DNA from: Euglena gracilis
Taxonomy: Eukaryota
Direction: 5' to 3'
NCBI GenBank assembly: GCA_039621445.1
Contig: CP154954.1
Span: 13,448,716 to 13,512,715 of the forward strand
Length of the DNA stretch: 64,000 bases
A program made the position numbers and the translations under genes. Shown piece after piece: positions 39,201-52,400 of this stretch. The notes under the pieces were generated by a model. It did no database searches. It saw only the letters and a program-made list of their open reading frames with translations, and had not been told where the DNA came from. Position 1 is the stretch's first letter. Each line of letters begins with the position of its first letter.

Positions 39201-39651
39201 CCCACCGAATTTCAGTGCACAATCTGGCCTCACAAGGGCAAAGTGCGGAGCCCGACGTGTCTCGTACTCCCTCGAGGAAAACAGACAAGGGAGGAAGGGA
39301 CACCGAGGGCGAAACACAAAGACCTTGTGAGCCCGACCCCCCCACCCGTAAAAGAAAATTTGTGTTCAAAAGCCCTCGGTCAGAGAGTGGGGGCCAGGGG
39401 GGGGAGAGGGGGGGGACACCCCCCAGGGGCAAGAAGCCACGTCGCACAGTCGGAGCAGCATCGTCAGCCAACTCCGGCGAGGCAGCACTAAGCGGGACCT
39501 CCTAACCAAGCGCACCAGAACAAACGAAACAACACCGCCGGCGAGCAAGGCATGGTCTCACAAGGTCTTTGTGCTTCTCCCTCGGTGTCCCTTCCTCCCT
39601 TGTCGGTTTTCCTCGAGGGAGTACGAGACACCGACGGCGAAGCACAACACC

Positions 39652-42590
39652 TCGGGCTCCGCACTTTGCCCTTGTGAGGCCATGCCTTGCTCACCGGCGG
39701 TGTTGTTTGGATTGTTTTGCTGCGTTGGGTTAGGAGGTCCCGCCCAGTGCCTTTTTTCGCCGGAGTTGGGTGATTCTTAATTTTCCCTTCGACACCCAGA
39801 AGAAAGGAAGGCCAAATACCTTATCAATTGGAGGAAGAAGAAGTCAATCAAACAATTCAAGTTATCCTGGAAAAGACGCTGGTGCAGAACCTCAACGCAG
39901 AAATTGTTGAAGCATATGAAATATTTCAATAAAAGATGCAATTTCCAAGACGAACAGCGCTGGAGAATTTCAAGAGGGAGCAGCAGACAACTTGACAACC
40001 TGACAACCGGACAACCTGACGGCGCGGATCGACTGTGGCCAACCGTGGCTGCCCCTTCCACAAAAGAAAATTCCCCAAAAGAACTTCCACCCCCCACCCC
40101 CCAAAGTGATGGCAACAGACCCTGGCAGACAGTTGGCAGAAGACCCCGCAAGGGGCAGAAGCAACAATCAGCAGGCCGCTACGGCCATTGCAACCAGGGG
40201 CATGGGGGCCAACATTCCACAACACAATGCACATCAAAGCGGGGCTATGGCAGCCAGAACCGCACAGGCCATGAAGGCAACAAAGGCCATGGCGGCACAA
40301 AACGGCCATGAAGGCGTCTGCATTTACAAATGTTGCTGGAACAAAGGCCAAGGTGGCCACCAGCACCAAGACCCCACAGCACGTGGCAGGGGCAGCAAGG
40401 TCTTACACAACATCCCCACCATTTCTCAATCACACCACCCCTCAGGGGTCAGGGTGGGGGACCCAAGAACCCCTCAAGATTTCAAATGGGCATGGCAACC
40501 CAGAAACAAATCAGGCCATTGGGGCCTTTCAATTTATCATCAAGGACATTGTGGCCAGAAATATCGACAAGAAGATCAACAATCACAACAAGACCACAGG
40601 AGGGGTCCCTCACAGGCCCCTCAGAAGCTAAGGGACAGCCCTGCAAGGGCTTTAAATTTAAATTGGCAGCCCCCTGTCCAGCCCCAGAAGGAATATTTCC
40701 CCCCCAACAGCCAGCAAGGAGGAACAGGAAGGGGGAGGCTCCCCACCAGCATTTATTCCAATTCAATCAACAAGGGGGGACCCACAGAGGCCCCCTATGG
40801 TACGGCTACCAACCACATCAAAATCAAGAAGGCCAGATAGGCAAAGCAGGGGCAAGTCCTATGGTATGGAAACCAACAACAAGATCCTCCAGAGAGAGTG
40901 TCAGCAGAGAGGGAGAGGGTGCATGCACATCCCCCCAGGAACACTTTCTTTTTCCGAGGGCTCAAGCCCTAGGGGCTCTAGGGGCTGTGAAATGTCCAAC
41001 ACCCCCCACCCAGCACCCAGAAAAATATCTAGTTGGGAAAATACATTCCATGGAGGAAAAATGGGGAGACACCACCCTGTACCAGAGACGTCAAAAAAGT
41101 CTAAAATGGTGGACAAAAAATGCACTCGCAGCAACATGTCAATTGATAAAAAAAATGGAATTCAACCCCCCTGGGTAAATCCCCCCAAATTGTCCACCCA
41201 CCCAAAACCCAGATCCAGCTTGGACCTGAACCAGGCCGAAAACATTCTGCTGGATTACGAAAAAACTGGGTCAGTGAAACGAGTTTGGGATTCAGAAACC
41301 CAGCATTTGATCCCATGGTTTTTAATTTCAAAACCAGAAGGGGGAACAACCAAATGGAAAATCATCAGCAACTGCAGAGAAATAAACAAGCAGTTTCAGG
41401 TAAAACCTTTCAAGCTGCATCATATCTAACACATTTTTCAAGTTTTGGAAAAGGCCACTGGGCAGCAAAAATAGACCGAAAGGATGCCTGTTTTCATATT
41501 CCAGTAAGTCCAGGCCTCAGGCAATTTTTAAGGCATCAGGTAAGGGGGCAGATCTGGGAATTTCAAACAGGCTGCTTTGGGCTAAATGTAATGCCCCAAA
41601 TTTTCATGTCAGTAATGAAAACATTCGAAAAGGTGTTGAGAAAAAGGAGCATCCAGGTGTTTATTTACCTGGACGACATTTTGCTGGTGGCCCCCACACG
41701 AATTGTTTGCAAAATAACCTGAACACAGTTGTCAAAGATTTTCTGAATTTAGGGTTCAAAACCAATCTGAAAAAGTCCACCCTGCAGCCCAACCAAGTGG
41801 TAACCCATCTAGGTTTTCAACTAAACTTCCAGGAAGGAAAGTTAAAGGTACCCTCCAGAAAGTCAAAACCATAAAAAAGGAGCTGGAAAAAGTTGTGAAA
41901 AAAGCTTACATGTCAGAAAGGCAGTTGGCTAACATTTTGTGTCAAATAAGATGCAACATAATGGCCCTGCCCTTTTTAATGGCTTTTACAGACACCCTGG
42001 CAGTTTTTTGGTGGCAAAGTCCACAGCCACCTGAGACTCAAAACACCCCATTTCCCAGGAAATCAAGTCCCAATTAAGGGAAATAATAATTTTACTGGAC
42101 ACCTGGGGGGCGGACCTTTCCCCCAAAGTGAAACCAGAGAGTTGCACTCAGACAGCATCACCCATACCTGGGAGGGGGGGCTGTACAGCATCACAGGAGA
42201 AATTGTGCAGGAAATTTGGAGGAAAGAACTCCATTTTGCACATGAATGTAAAGGAGCTAAGTGTAGCAATCAGCACTGTGAAAAGTTTGAGCAAACCTGG
42301 GGCAACAGTTTCTTTGTCAGAGAACAACCAGGTCATTCACTATTACCTGACAAAATGGGCGGGCAGAAAAGACCCCTTCAACAAAAAGCTAAGACCATTT
42401 TTCCAATGGTGCATCGCAAAAACAGGTAAACCTCCAAGTCAGCTGCGTTCCTTCAAAAGAATGCCTAGCAGACCCCATCAGCAGATGGGAAATGGACAGG
42501 AGGGATTACTCCCTGGACCCCCAGCTTTTTCACTGGCTAAGACAGCATTTCCAGAATTTCAATCACTTGCAAACAGATTTATTTCCCCTA
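39652..42590 (+). mobile_element. DIRS copy 2 (left end to start of MTase, interrupted)
   Basis: Same left end TCGGGCTCCGCACTTTGCCC as copy 1. RT has YLDD (~41667) and RNase H follows; the copy breaks at TDLF. Confidence 0.9.
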
Positions 42591-42785
42591 GACCAGTCAT
42601 TTCCATTGTTTCCTTTCGCTCAAGAATTATTTCCTTTGCCCTTTCCTTTTCCTTTGCCTTTGCCACCACCAGACCGTGAATCAAAATTCTGTTGATTTGA
42701 GTGCCACCACTGATTTCCCTGAAAATTGGCATTGGCATTGCAATTCCACCCAGAATCGTTTCTCCATCCCCCCCCCCATTGCCAA
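42590..42785 (-). pseudogene. Inverted gag-like low-complexity fragment (GGGKGKGKGKG)
   Basis: The minus-strand frame is rich in G/N/Q/W with KG repeats and lies at the DIRS/Gypsy breakpoint. Gag identity is inferred from composition only. Confidence 0.4.
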
Positions 42786-43127
42786 ATTAAGATTGTTGAA
42801 TATTTCAAGCCAAAATTGTGGTGGATTGAAAATCCCCGTCATGGGCTTTTGCAGAAAAGACCCTGTGTTCAAAATCTGACTTTTGTCGATGTTGATTATT
42901 GTCAATTTTCAGTTTGGGGATATCAAAAACCCACCCGAATCTGGGGGAGCGAAAATCTGAGCAAGCTACAAAACAAACTTTGTGATGGCCAGACCTGCCT
43001 GAATTTGATTCCTGGGGGGAGGAGTCACCGAGAAAAGTTGGGAGGATATGGAATGACAGTTGACACCCAGAAAAAATGGAGGATGCCCAAACAACTGGTG
43101 GAGTATTTGTTAACCGTGTTGGAATGA
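42786..43127 (+). pseudogene. C5-cytosine DNA methyltransferase-like domain, C-terminal half
   Basis: IVEYFKPKLWWIENP (motif VI ENx), VDYCQF..GYQKPTRIW (motif VIII-like), RMPKQLVEYLL (motif X-like). Motifs I-IV are absent because of truncation at the breakpoint. Confidence 0.72.
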
Positions 43128-43540
43128 AAAAGCGGATATCATAGGGAGGATTATGCTGTTAGGAAAGTTTGTATGGAGGAAATTGAGAAGGAATTTCGGG
43201 TTAAGGCGGAACGGGATTGTTTTGCAACCAGCCAAAATGCCAGGTGTGAAAAGTTTTACGGGGAGGGTGATGATGCCATGAAAAAGGATTGGGGGGCGGA
43301 GGAAACGTTGTGGATGAACCCCCCCTGGACTTTATGGCCTGAGGTGGCTGAAAAATTGCAAATTTCCAATTGTCGGGCAATTTGTATTTGCCCAGACTGG
43401 AATAGGAGGTGGGTGAAAAATCTGGTGGCTATGGCTGTCAAAAAGATTTATTTTCCCAAGGGGACAAAGTTGTTTGAGGCTGATGGGAGGATTTTGAGGG
43501 GTACCCGTTGGGGGGTGTGGGCCTTGTTGATCGATAGGAG
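43128..43540 (+). pseudogene. Dam-like N6-adenine methyltransferase domain
   Basis: DCFATSQNARCEKFY..DAMKKDW....LWMNPPW....AICICPDW...W, with an intact NPPW catalytic motif. Same frame as the flanking domains. Confidence 0.85.
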
Positions 43541-43639
43541 GCAACCCTCCCAGGGGGGGGCAGCCCCAGGGAAGAAAAAATTGGTGCGGCTGAAAAAAAG
43601 AATGTTGAGGGGGACAAAAACTCGGGGAGGAGCAAAGAA

Positions 43640-46600
43640 ACTCGGGGAGGACAGACAACAACTGGTGAAAACCCAGATTAGGTTGGCAAATGGGGAGGAA
43701 AAAACGGCCAGAATTTTGATTGACACGGGGGCTGAAGCAAACCTCATTCGACAAGGGTTGATAGGGGACCACCTAATGTATCCTGCTAAGGACCCGTTAA
43801 GGTTTGAAACTGCCAATGGGCAAACTTTGGCGGGGGGGAGCAGATGTGCTAAGGTGAAAATGATCCTACAACAAAATTGGAATGAGGAAAGGGAAATTGA
43901 GAGGGTGTAATATGAGGTTGAATTTTATGAGGCAAATATCAAAGTTGATGCCATTCTTTCTTATCCATGGTTGGCGGAGGCAAAACTGGGAATTTTTCCA
44001 CACCACAAGGCGTTGGTGAAAGACAGCCCCGACCTGATTTTTTTGCGGGGTGTCGAAAGACGAAGGGGTCCGCAAAAATTCAGCGATGACACAAATTTTT
44101 CAGTGGACAATGTGACTGTGGCGGACGGGTCTTCGTTTGGGTTGCAAAAACTTGGTCTTTGTTTGCCATTGGAAGGCTTGGACCAGGAATTACAATTTTT
44201 GAGTGATGAGGACCTAGGGGAGGTTGCCACAAATTTGGAGGGCAGTGACCCCCCAGTGCAAGTTATCAACCGAATGATAATTGCAAGGGGTGGGGAGGAC
44301 AAAAAAAGAGGAGGAACGGGTAATCAAGTTGAGGGAAAAAGTTTTGGAAGATTACCGGGGGACGGTATTTCGGTCATCGCCATTTCCAGACCCCCCCGAA
44401 AGAGGACAATATGGTTATGCATACATACCTTTGAAGGAGGGGGCAAAGCCAACCAGACAGAAGCCTTTTTTCATGCACGGTGAGAGGAAAGGGGCACTTG
44501 AAAAAATCACACAAGACTGGCTCGACAAAAAATACATTGAGCCAGCCACAGCCAAAAATTCTGAATGGCTGTCCCAGCATTTTCCAGTTCCAAAAAAATC
44601 CAATGATTTTCCTTGGAGGGGGGTGGTGGACCTCAGGGGGCCAAACAGCCAAACAAGGCGATGCAACTACCCCCTACCAAAAATTGAAGACATTTTGGTC
44701 AAACATGGTGCAAACCAAATGTTTTCGATCATCGATTTGAAGCAAGCTTTCCACCAACAACCCCTACACCCAGAAAGTCGGCCCATAACGTGTTGTTTCA
44801 CCCCCAAAGGCATTTTTCAGTGGAGGGTGAACGTAATGGGTTTGACAAATGCCCCCAACAATTTCAGCAAATGATCGATGACCGTTTGACACCAGTAAGG
44901 GATATCGCCACAGGGTACATAGATGAAATACTGGTGGGGACAACGGTCGGGGAAGGGGAGGACCTGGTGGGGGCACACGAAAAAGATTTGAGGAGGGTGT
45001 TGGAGGTGCTCAAAACGGAACTTTTGGTGGCTGATGAATTCAAAGCCAAACTTTTTGTGGAGGAGGTTGAATTTTGTGGACAGATTTTAGGAAACGGGAC
45101 TAGGAGGCCTTCACTGGGTAAGTTACGAGCGATCCAAAAGTGGGAGGTTCCAAAAACATTTACGGCTTTGAGAGCCTTTTTGGGATTCACAAATTATTAC
45201 AATGCATACATTCACATGTATGCGGAAGTAGCTGCCCGATTGCAAGACAAATTGAAAGTCCCCAGGGAGGTGGGAAAGAAAGGAAGTCGAAAACCTGTGG
45301 AATTTGAAGGGGAGGATTTAAAAGCTTTTGAGGAGCTGAAAAAAAGGTTGTGTTCGGGCCTAATCTTGCAACGGGTAGACCCAGATAAACCCTTTGTGCT
45401 AAGGGTTGATGCCAGTGGATACGCCGTGGGGGCAACGTTAGAGCAAATGAAGGAGGGGGGAGGAAGACCCACAGCCCAGGATGTGATTGAGAAAAAAACT
45501 GTGCCAGTGGCTTTTATGTCTCGAAAATTGACCGAGGGGCAAAGAAAATGGACCCCCAGGGAGTTGGAGACGTATGCCATAATTTTGGCACTACAAAAAT
45601 GGGAGAGTTGGATTGGATTGCAACCCGTTTTGGTTTTAACCGACCACCAAAGTTTGGAGTCTTGGACAAGGGAAGTCCTAGACACCCCCAGTGGTCCGGT
45701 TGGGAGGAGGGCAAAATGGCACCAAATTTTCTCCAAGTATGATTTGACGGTGGGATACATCCCGGGTAAAGAAAATACCATAGCCGATATCCTTAGTCGG
45801 TGGGCATACCCCGCTTCACAGGCCCTAAGGGATATAAGTAAGCATGGGTCGGCCGAAGACAAGGATGAAATGGAAAATTTTATCCGGGAGGAAAAAGAAG
45901 AGGAAAAACAGTGTTTGGAGATAAGAATCAAAAACCAGCCCAAATTACGTAATGCCTGGATACGGGGGGGTGACAACCCGTAGTGGCAAAAACGTAACAC
46001 CTGAGGAGGAAAAAGGAGAGTGCACAAGGAGGGGAACCGAGGGTGGGGTAGACCCAGGAGGAAAAGACACCCCTGTGGACACCCACTCACAAGGGCCCAG
46101 GAAAGAAAAGAAACGAGTTCATTTTTGGGATGAGAAAGTGGGGGGGGGAGACGACCCCTGTCCCGGAGACGGATGAAAGTTCGAGGGGGGACACTCGTAT
46201 GGAAGTGGGGGACGCCCTGCCAAGTACGACCCCTAAGGATATTAAGCCCGTATGGGAGCGTGATTGGGGGGAAGCATATTCCCAATGCCCCACATGGAAA
46301 GAAAAATGGGTAGCTACCAAAGGCGATTCAATTTGGCCAAAGGGCTTCAAAGTGCTAAATGGCCAATTGTTTTTTGAAGAAAAGCTGTGTGTGCCTGAAA
46401 GTTTTCAACACTTGGTGATTCAAGAAAATCACGAGTTTTTGGGGCACGTTGGCCCTGAGAAAGTTTGGAAACACATGGCAATCCGTTTTGTTTGGGCTGA
46501 TGAAAAGGCTGCAAAATAGCTCAACCAAAGTTGCAGCAAAAATTGTTCCACATGCCAAGCGAGTGTGAGGGGGGAGAGTTTGAAAAGACCGATCGAGTCC

Positions 46601-47729
46601 ACACCCATACCCCCTGCACTAATGACAAGCGTTGCCATCGATTTGGTTCGAATGCCAAGGGTTTTACACGACGGGGGAGTATGACACCCTAGCCTTGTGT
46701 GTGGATAGGCATTCGGGATGGATTGTGGGGGTTGCATGCAAGGACAAGGGATTAACCGGTGCCAAGTTGGCTAAGGAAATGGTGAAAAATCAGTGGAGGC
46801 CTTTTGGGGTTCCCTCAGTCATTTCGAGTGACCAAGGGAGCCATTTCACAAGCACTTGGTGGAAAAACATGTGTGCACTTTTGGGGATTAGGCAAGCATA
46901 TTCCCAAGCATACCACCACCAAGCAAACGGGAGGGTTGAGAGAGCCGGACAACAGGTAATGGAGGTGTTGAGAAAATTGTACGGGGAGGAAAACATTAAT
47001 TGGGTTGAGGCTTTACACCAAGTTTTGGACCGAATTCACGACGTAAAGGGGGAAAGCGGTTTGAGCCCATTTGAAATTTTGCATGGAAGGGAACGACCAT
47101 TAGCAGGGGTACCCTACCAACCACCCAAAGAATGTGAGGATTCGGTGGAGTTTTTCCGAGGGATGCAAGACATTGATGGGAGAGTGGCTAGGATACTCAA
47201 CAAAAAGCACGAGGAGGAGGTGGCAAGGATAAATAAGGGGAGGAAAGAAATGGAACCCCTAAAGGTGGGAACGACGGTTTGGTATAGGAGACCCGAGGGG
47301 TCGGGTGAGAAGCTTGACTCTAGGTGGGTGGGACCTGGGGTCGTGAAGGGAAGAGAGGGGGAACGAAGTTATGTAATCGAAAGGAAACCTGGGGTGGAAA
47401 CAAAAGCTCATATGAGTTTTTTGAAGGAGTATCGAGAACCCCAAGTTGAAGGTAAGGGGGTGCTTCTTTTTTATTATAAACGAACCGAAAAAGAAGAAGA
47501 GGCATTACCTGATGAGTGGGAGGTGGAGAAAATTCTAAGGCATCGGAAAGGAAAGGATGGAAAGTGGGAGTTTTTAACAAAGTGGGTCGGATATGAGGAC
47601 GGGGAGGAAACCTGGGAACCGGCTGGAAATTTCATTCACAGATTCAGTGGGGAGTTTGTAAAGTATTGTCGTGAGAAAAAAGTGAAAATGGACATAATGT
47701 CCGAACTAAAAATTGATGGTGGGCCGTAG
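43640..47729 (+). mobile_element. Ty3/Gypsy (chromovirus-like) pol: protease, RT, RNase H, integrase, chromodomain (degenerate)
   Basis: PR: LIDTGA. RT: WRGVVDLR, YPLPKIED, IDLKQAFHQ, MGLTNAP, YIDEI (variant of YxDD). RNase H: VDASGYAVG, ELETYA, TDHQSL, ADILSR. Integrase: H..LGH..CSTC, SDQGSHF, NGRVER, WVGP. Chromodomain: WEVEKIL..FLTKWVGY..TWEP. Confidence 0.95.
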
Positions 47730-49413
47730 GCTCTAAGGTGAGCCATAAGGCCCTGTCCAAGGCTCTACGGTGAGCCTAATGGGAAGGCAAAGTGCTGTTT
47801 TTAAAATTCAAAAACCCGATTTGCACGTCCGTGTGGATGTGAGTGCACGCACACACGCAAGAGCGTGTAAAGGAGAGAATGTACAAATGCAAGGATTTGC
47901 AAGGAGAATGGAGAAAGGTAGAAAAGGCCCCGCAAGGGGGCCGGGGCACCACAGTATATTCGCTGCCCGTTTGCTATATTTGCCGTCCGCTGTCCCTCTT
48001 CCCTTCCCTCCCTCTACCTTACCCCGCTGCCCTTACACCTTACCTCACATGGCCGTCACGCGGTGGTGTTGTAAGGATTCCTTCTCAAAGCATTCCGATA
48101 TGTGGATGATGAGGTTGGGAGTCTATGAGCACATCATGAGCCCCCCTTCGGTTTTACAAAAATCCCCCCGGCCCGAGGAGGGGGGGGGGCGTTTGATTTG
48201 TTGACGAATTTGAACCAAACATTCCCCGACCCGAGGGGGGGGGGCGCCAACCGAATTTTTACCAAAAATCCCCCGACCCGTTGGAAAGGGGGGGGCAGAT
48301 CTTGGTGAAGACCCTCATACCACCCGTGAGAAGCGGGGGGGGGGGGGCAGCCAAATATTCATTGGTTGGTGAACCGAGTCTTTCCCAAAGGTTTGAAGGC
48401 ACTTGAAAGCCATAGTGCCTGAATTTTATTTCCCGTTTGTTGGTTCAAGGAAGCATGTGTGGGAAATAGGCTTTGGGTGAAGGAGTGCCGATTGGAGGAG
48501 TTCCCCCCTCTTTGTTGAGGAAGGGGGGGGGGCGAGTTTTTGGTGTCCGACTAAGGTCGCAAGGGAGGGGGTGTCGGTCGCCGGCTTTCGCCGGCAGCCA
48601 AAATTTCCAGAAAGCGCAAATTTCAAAGTCGCGGGTAACAGCCAACCAGTTAAAAAAAACCCGCGACAGAAATTGGAAGCGGGTCAAATTACTTTGATCT
48701 TTCAAATTCTGTTCTTTTACAGAACTTGAGGGGTTTTCCCCATTATTTGGCAAAGAGGAAATACATTGAATTGGATTTGATCAATCACATTGTTGAATTG
48801 GAATTGACAGTTACATTGTTGGTCATTACATTGTTGGTTGTATTCATTGAAGGATTGGTTTGAAGGAGCCTACAACACCGCCATCCTCACCGCCCTTCCC
48901 CATACCCCTCCTCCTTGCCCCCAGGTTTGCACATTTTCACACATTCACATTTCACATTCGTTTTCAATTCTTCACATTCAGCTGCTTTCAGTTTCTCAGT
49001 TTCAGAGTTTCAGAATTCACGTTACTTTCAGTTTCTCACTCTCAAAGTTCCAAGTTTCTGTGGGTTGGTTTTTCCTTCAAGGTGTGCCAGAGAGTGAGTG
49101 AGAAAGAAAGAGAGAAAGTGAGATTTTGACACCAAATGGCAGATTTTTCGGTGTTCACCAAAATTTCGGAAAACTTTGAAAAAACGATCCTACGCGCCGG
49201 CTGGGGTAGGGGGAAACACCTGGGTGAAAAAAAGGGGGTTGGCCTGAGCCCACCAATTCCCCGAGAAAGCGCAGGCCCCACCCCGGAAACACCCACCCCC
49301 CTGCTGTCGGTGGTCATCCACGACGGCGAGGACCCCCCCGGGCCCTCGGCCCACCGGGATTCGCCGGGCGCGGGGGCGACCGGCGGCGCACAGGGGGTGG
49401 GGCCGGCGAACAT
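47730..49413 (+). mobile_element. Probable Gypsy 3' non-coding/LTR-leader region followed by a possible gag N-terminus (ATG 49136)
   Basis: Follows the pol stop and contains short internal repeats. A Pro/Gly-rich ORF is cut off at the DIRS junction. No second LTR copy is available to define boundaries. Confidence 0.4.
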
Positions 49414-52400
49414 ATGGCAGCCAGAACCGCACAGGCCATGAAGGCAACAAAGGCCATGGCGGCACAAAACGGCCATGAAGGCGTCTGCATTTACAAATGT
49501 CGCTGGAACAAAAGGCCAAGGTGGCCACCAGCACCAAGACCCCACAGCACATGGCAGGGGCAGCAAGGTCTTACACAACATCCCCACCATTTCTCAATCA
49601 CACCACCCCTCAGGGGTCAGGGTGGGGGACCCAAGAACCCCTCAAGATTTCAAATCGGCATGGCAACCCAGAAACAAATCAGGCATTTGGGGCCTTTCAA
49701 TTTATCATCAACGAAATTGTGGCCAGAAATATCCACAAGAAGATCAACAATCACAACAAGACCACAGGAGGGGTCCCTCACAGGCCCCTCAGAAGCTAAG
49801 GGACAGCCCTGCAAGGGCTTTAAATTTAAATTGGCAGCCCCCTGTCCAGCCCCAGAAGGAATATTTCCCCCCCAACAGCCAGCAAGGAGGAACAGGAAGG
49901 GGAGGCTCCCCACCAGCATTTATTCCAATTCAATCAACAAGGGGGGACCCACAGAGGCCCCCTATGGTACGGCTACCAACCCCATCAACATCAAGAAGGC
50001 CAGATAGGCAAAGCAGGGGCAAGTCCTATGGTATGGAAACCAACAACAAGATCCTCCAGAGAGAGTGTGAGCAGAGAGGGAGAGGGTGCACGCACATCCC
50101 CCCAGGAACACTTTCTTTTTCCGAGGGCTCAAGCCCTAGGGGCTCTAGGGGCTGTGAAATGTCCAACACCCCCCACCCAGCACCCAGAAAAATATCTAGT
50201 TGGGAAAATACATTCCATGGAGGAAAAATGGGGAGACACCACCCTGTACCAGAGACTTCAAAAAAGTCTAAAATGGTGGACAAAAAATGCACTCGCAGAA
50301 ACATGTCAATTGATAAAAAAAAATGGAATTCAACCCCCCTGGGTAAATCCCCCCAAATTGTCCACCCACCCAAAACCCAGATCCAACTTGGACCTGAACC
50401 AGGCTGAAAAAATTCTGCTGGATTACGAAAAAACTGGGTCAGTGAAACGAGTTTGGGATTCAGAAACCCAGCATTTGATCCCATGGTTTTTAATTTCAAA
50501 ACCAGAAGGGGGAATAACCAAATGGAAAATCATCAGCAACTGCAGAGAAATAAACAAGCAGTTTCAGGTAAAACCTTTCAAGCTGCATCATATCTAACAC
50601 ATTTTTCAAGTTTTGGAAAAAGGCCACTGGGCAGCAAAAATAGACCGAAAGGATGCCTGTTTTCATATTCCAGTAAGTCCAGGCCTCAGGCAATTTTTAA
50701 GGCATCAGGTAAGGGGGCAGATCTGGGAATTTCAAACAGGCTGCTTTGGGCTAAATGTAATGCCCCAAATTTTCATGTCAGTAATGAAAACATTCGAAAA
50801 GGTGTTGAGAAAAAGGGGCATCCAGGTGTTTATTTACCTGGAACACATTTTGCTGGTGGCCCCCACACGAATTTTTTGCAAAATAACCTGAACACAGTTG
50901 TCAAAGATTTTCTGAATTGAGGGTTCAAAACCAATCTGAAAAAGTCCACCCTGCAGCCCAACCAAGTGGTAACCCATCTAGGTTTTCAACTAAACTTCCA
51001 GGAAGGAAAGTTACAGGTACCCTCCAGAAAGTCAAAACCATAAAAAAGGAGCTGGAAAAAGTTGTGAAAAAAGCTTACATGTCAGAAAGGCAGTTGGCTA
51101 ACATTTTGTGTCAAATAAGATGCAACATAATGGCCCTGCCCTTTTTAATGGCTTTTACGGACACCCTGGCAGTTTTTTGGTGGCAAAGTCCACAGCCACC
51201 TGAGACTCAAAACACCCCATTTCCCAGGAAATCAAATCCCAATTAAGGGAAATAATAATTTTACTGCACACCTGGGGGGCGGACCTTTCCCCCAAAATGC
51301 AACCAGAGAGTTGCACTCAGACAGCATCACCCATACCTGGGAGGGGGGGCTGTACATCACCACAGGAGAAATTGTGCAGGAAATTTGGAGGAAAGAACTC
51401 CATTTTGCACATGAATGTAAAGGAGCTAAGTGTAGCAATCAGCACTGTGAAAAGTTTGAGCAAACCTGGGGCAACAGTTTCTTTGTCAGAGAACAACCAG
51501 GTCATTTACTATTACCTGACAAAATGGGGGGGCAGAAAAGACCCCTTCAACAAAAAGCTAAGACCATTTTTCCAATGGTGCATCGCAAAAACAGGTAACC
51601 CTCCAAGTCAGCTGCGTTCCTTCAAAAGAATGCCTAGCAGACCCCATCAGCAGATGGGAAATGGACAGGATTACTCCCTGGACCCCCAGCTTTTTCACTG
51701 GCTAAGACAGCATTTCCAGAATTTCAATCACTTGCAAACAGATTTATTTGCCTCCGCAGGCCACAAAAAAAATGCCCAATTTCGTGGCCAGATGGCCCCA
51801 CCGGGAGGCCACAGCAGTAAGTGCACTACAATGTCCACTGGACAACATGGGGGATCTTTATGCAAACCCCCCCGCTCAATAATTCAACATTTCTGCCCAG
51901 GTTGGAAATTTTCCCCAGACCAAAGTTCTGATGGTCACCCCCTACTGGGAGTCAGCCAAACGGTCGCCCTAATCAATCAAAATGAAAGTTCCAGGGACCA
52001 CCTGCCTGAAAATCACCCCCTACAGGGGTAGGTTCACGAATTGCATGGGGGAACAAATGCCACCCCCAAGATTGGCAGCATGTTTTGCATGATTTGCTGA
52101 GGAAAATGTTGGAGGAGAAACAAATTCAGGTGCAAACCATTGACGATTTCCTGGGGAGAAAGCACAGTTGAAAACGTTATCAGAGTGCTTTTGCACTTCT
52201 GTGGGTAATTTTGGAACAAATGGGCGTGCCCCCCCCTGAAGCCACCACAGACCAAGTGGCTGACGCTTTAATACAATTATTCCAATTTTATAAGTCCCAA
52301 GGCCGTAATGCATACAGTGCTATGCTTTTGATTCCTGGGTTTGGTGGGCCAAGATTCCACACCCTGTTAACCCCTTACAAGAGTCTTTGGAACCAACATG

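Larger units (their letters stand above)
35073..39631 (+). mobile_element. DIRS-type tyrosine-recombinase retrotransposon, copy 1 (near full length, degenerate)
   Basis: Left end 35073-35195 is complementary to the ICR (39225-39255) and to the right ITR (~39462-39555). The right extension (~39556-39631) is complementary to ICR 39257-39331. Internal order: gag-like, RT, RNase H, MTase, YR. Confidence 0.92.

Noticed and set aside
45212-46285. 357-aa minus-strand ORF
   Set aside because: It is the antisense shadow of the Gypsy RT/RNase H region.
47866-48075. Candidate short LTR (TGTAAAGG...CCTTACA) and PBS (TGGCCG..)
   Set aside because: There is no second copy, the polypurine tract is weak and no tRNA match is convincing, so boundaries cannot be supported.
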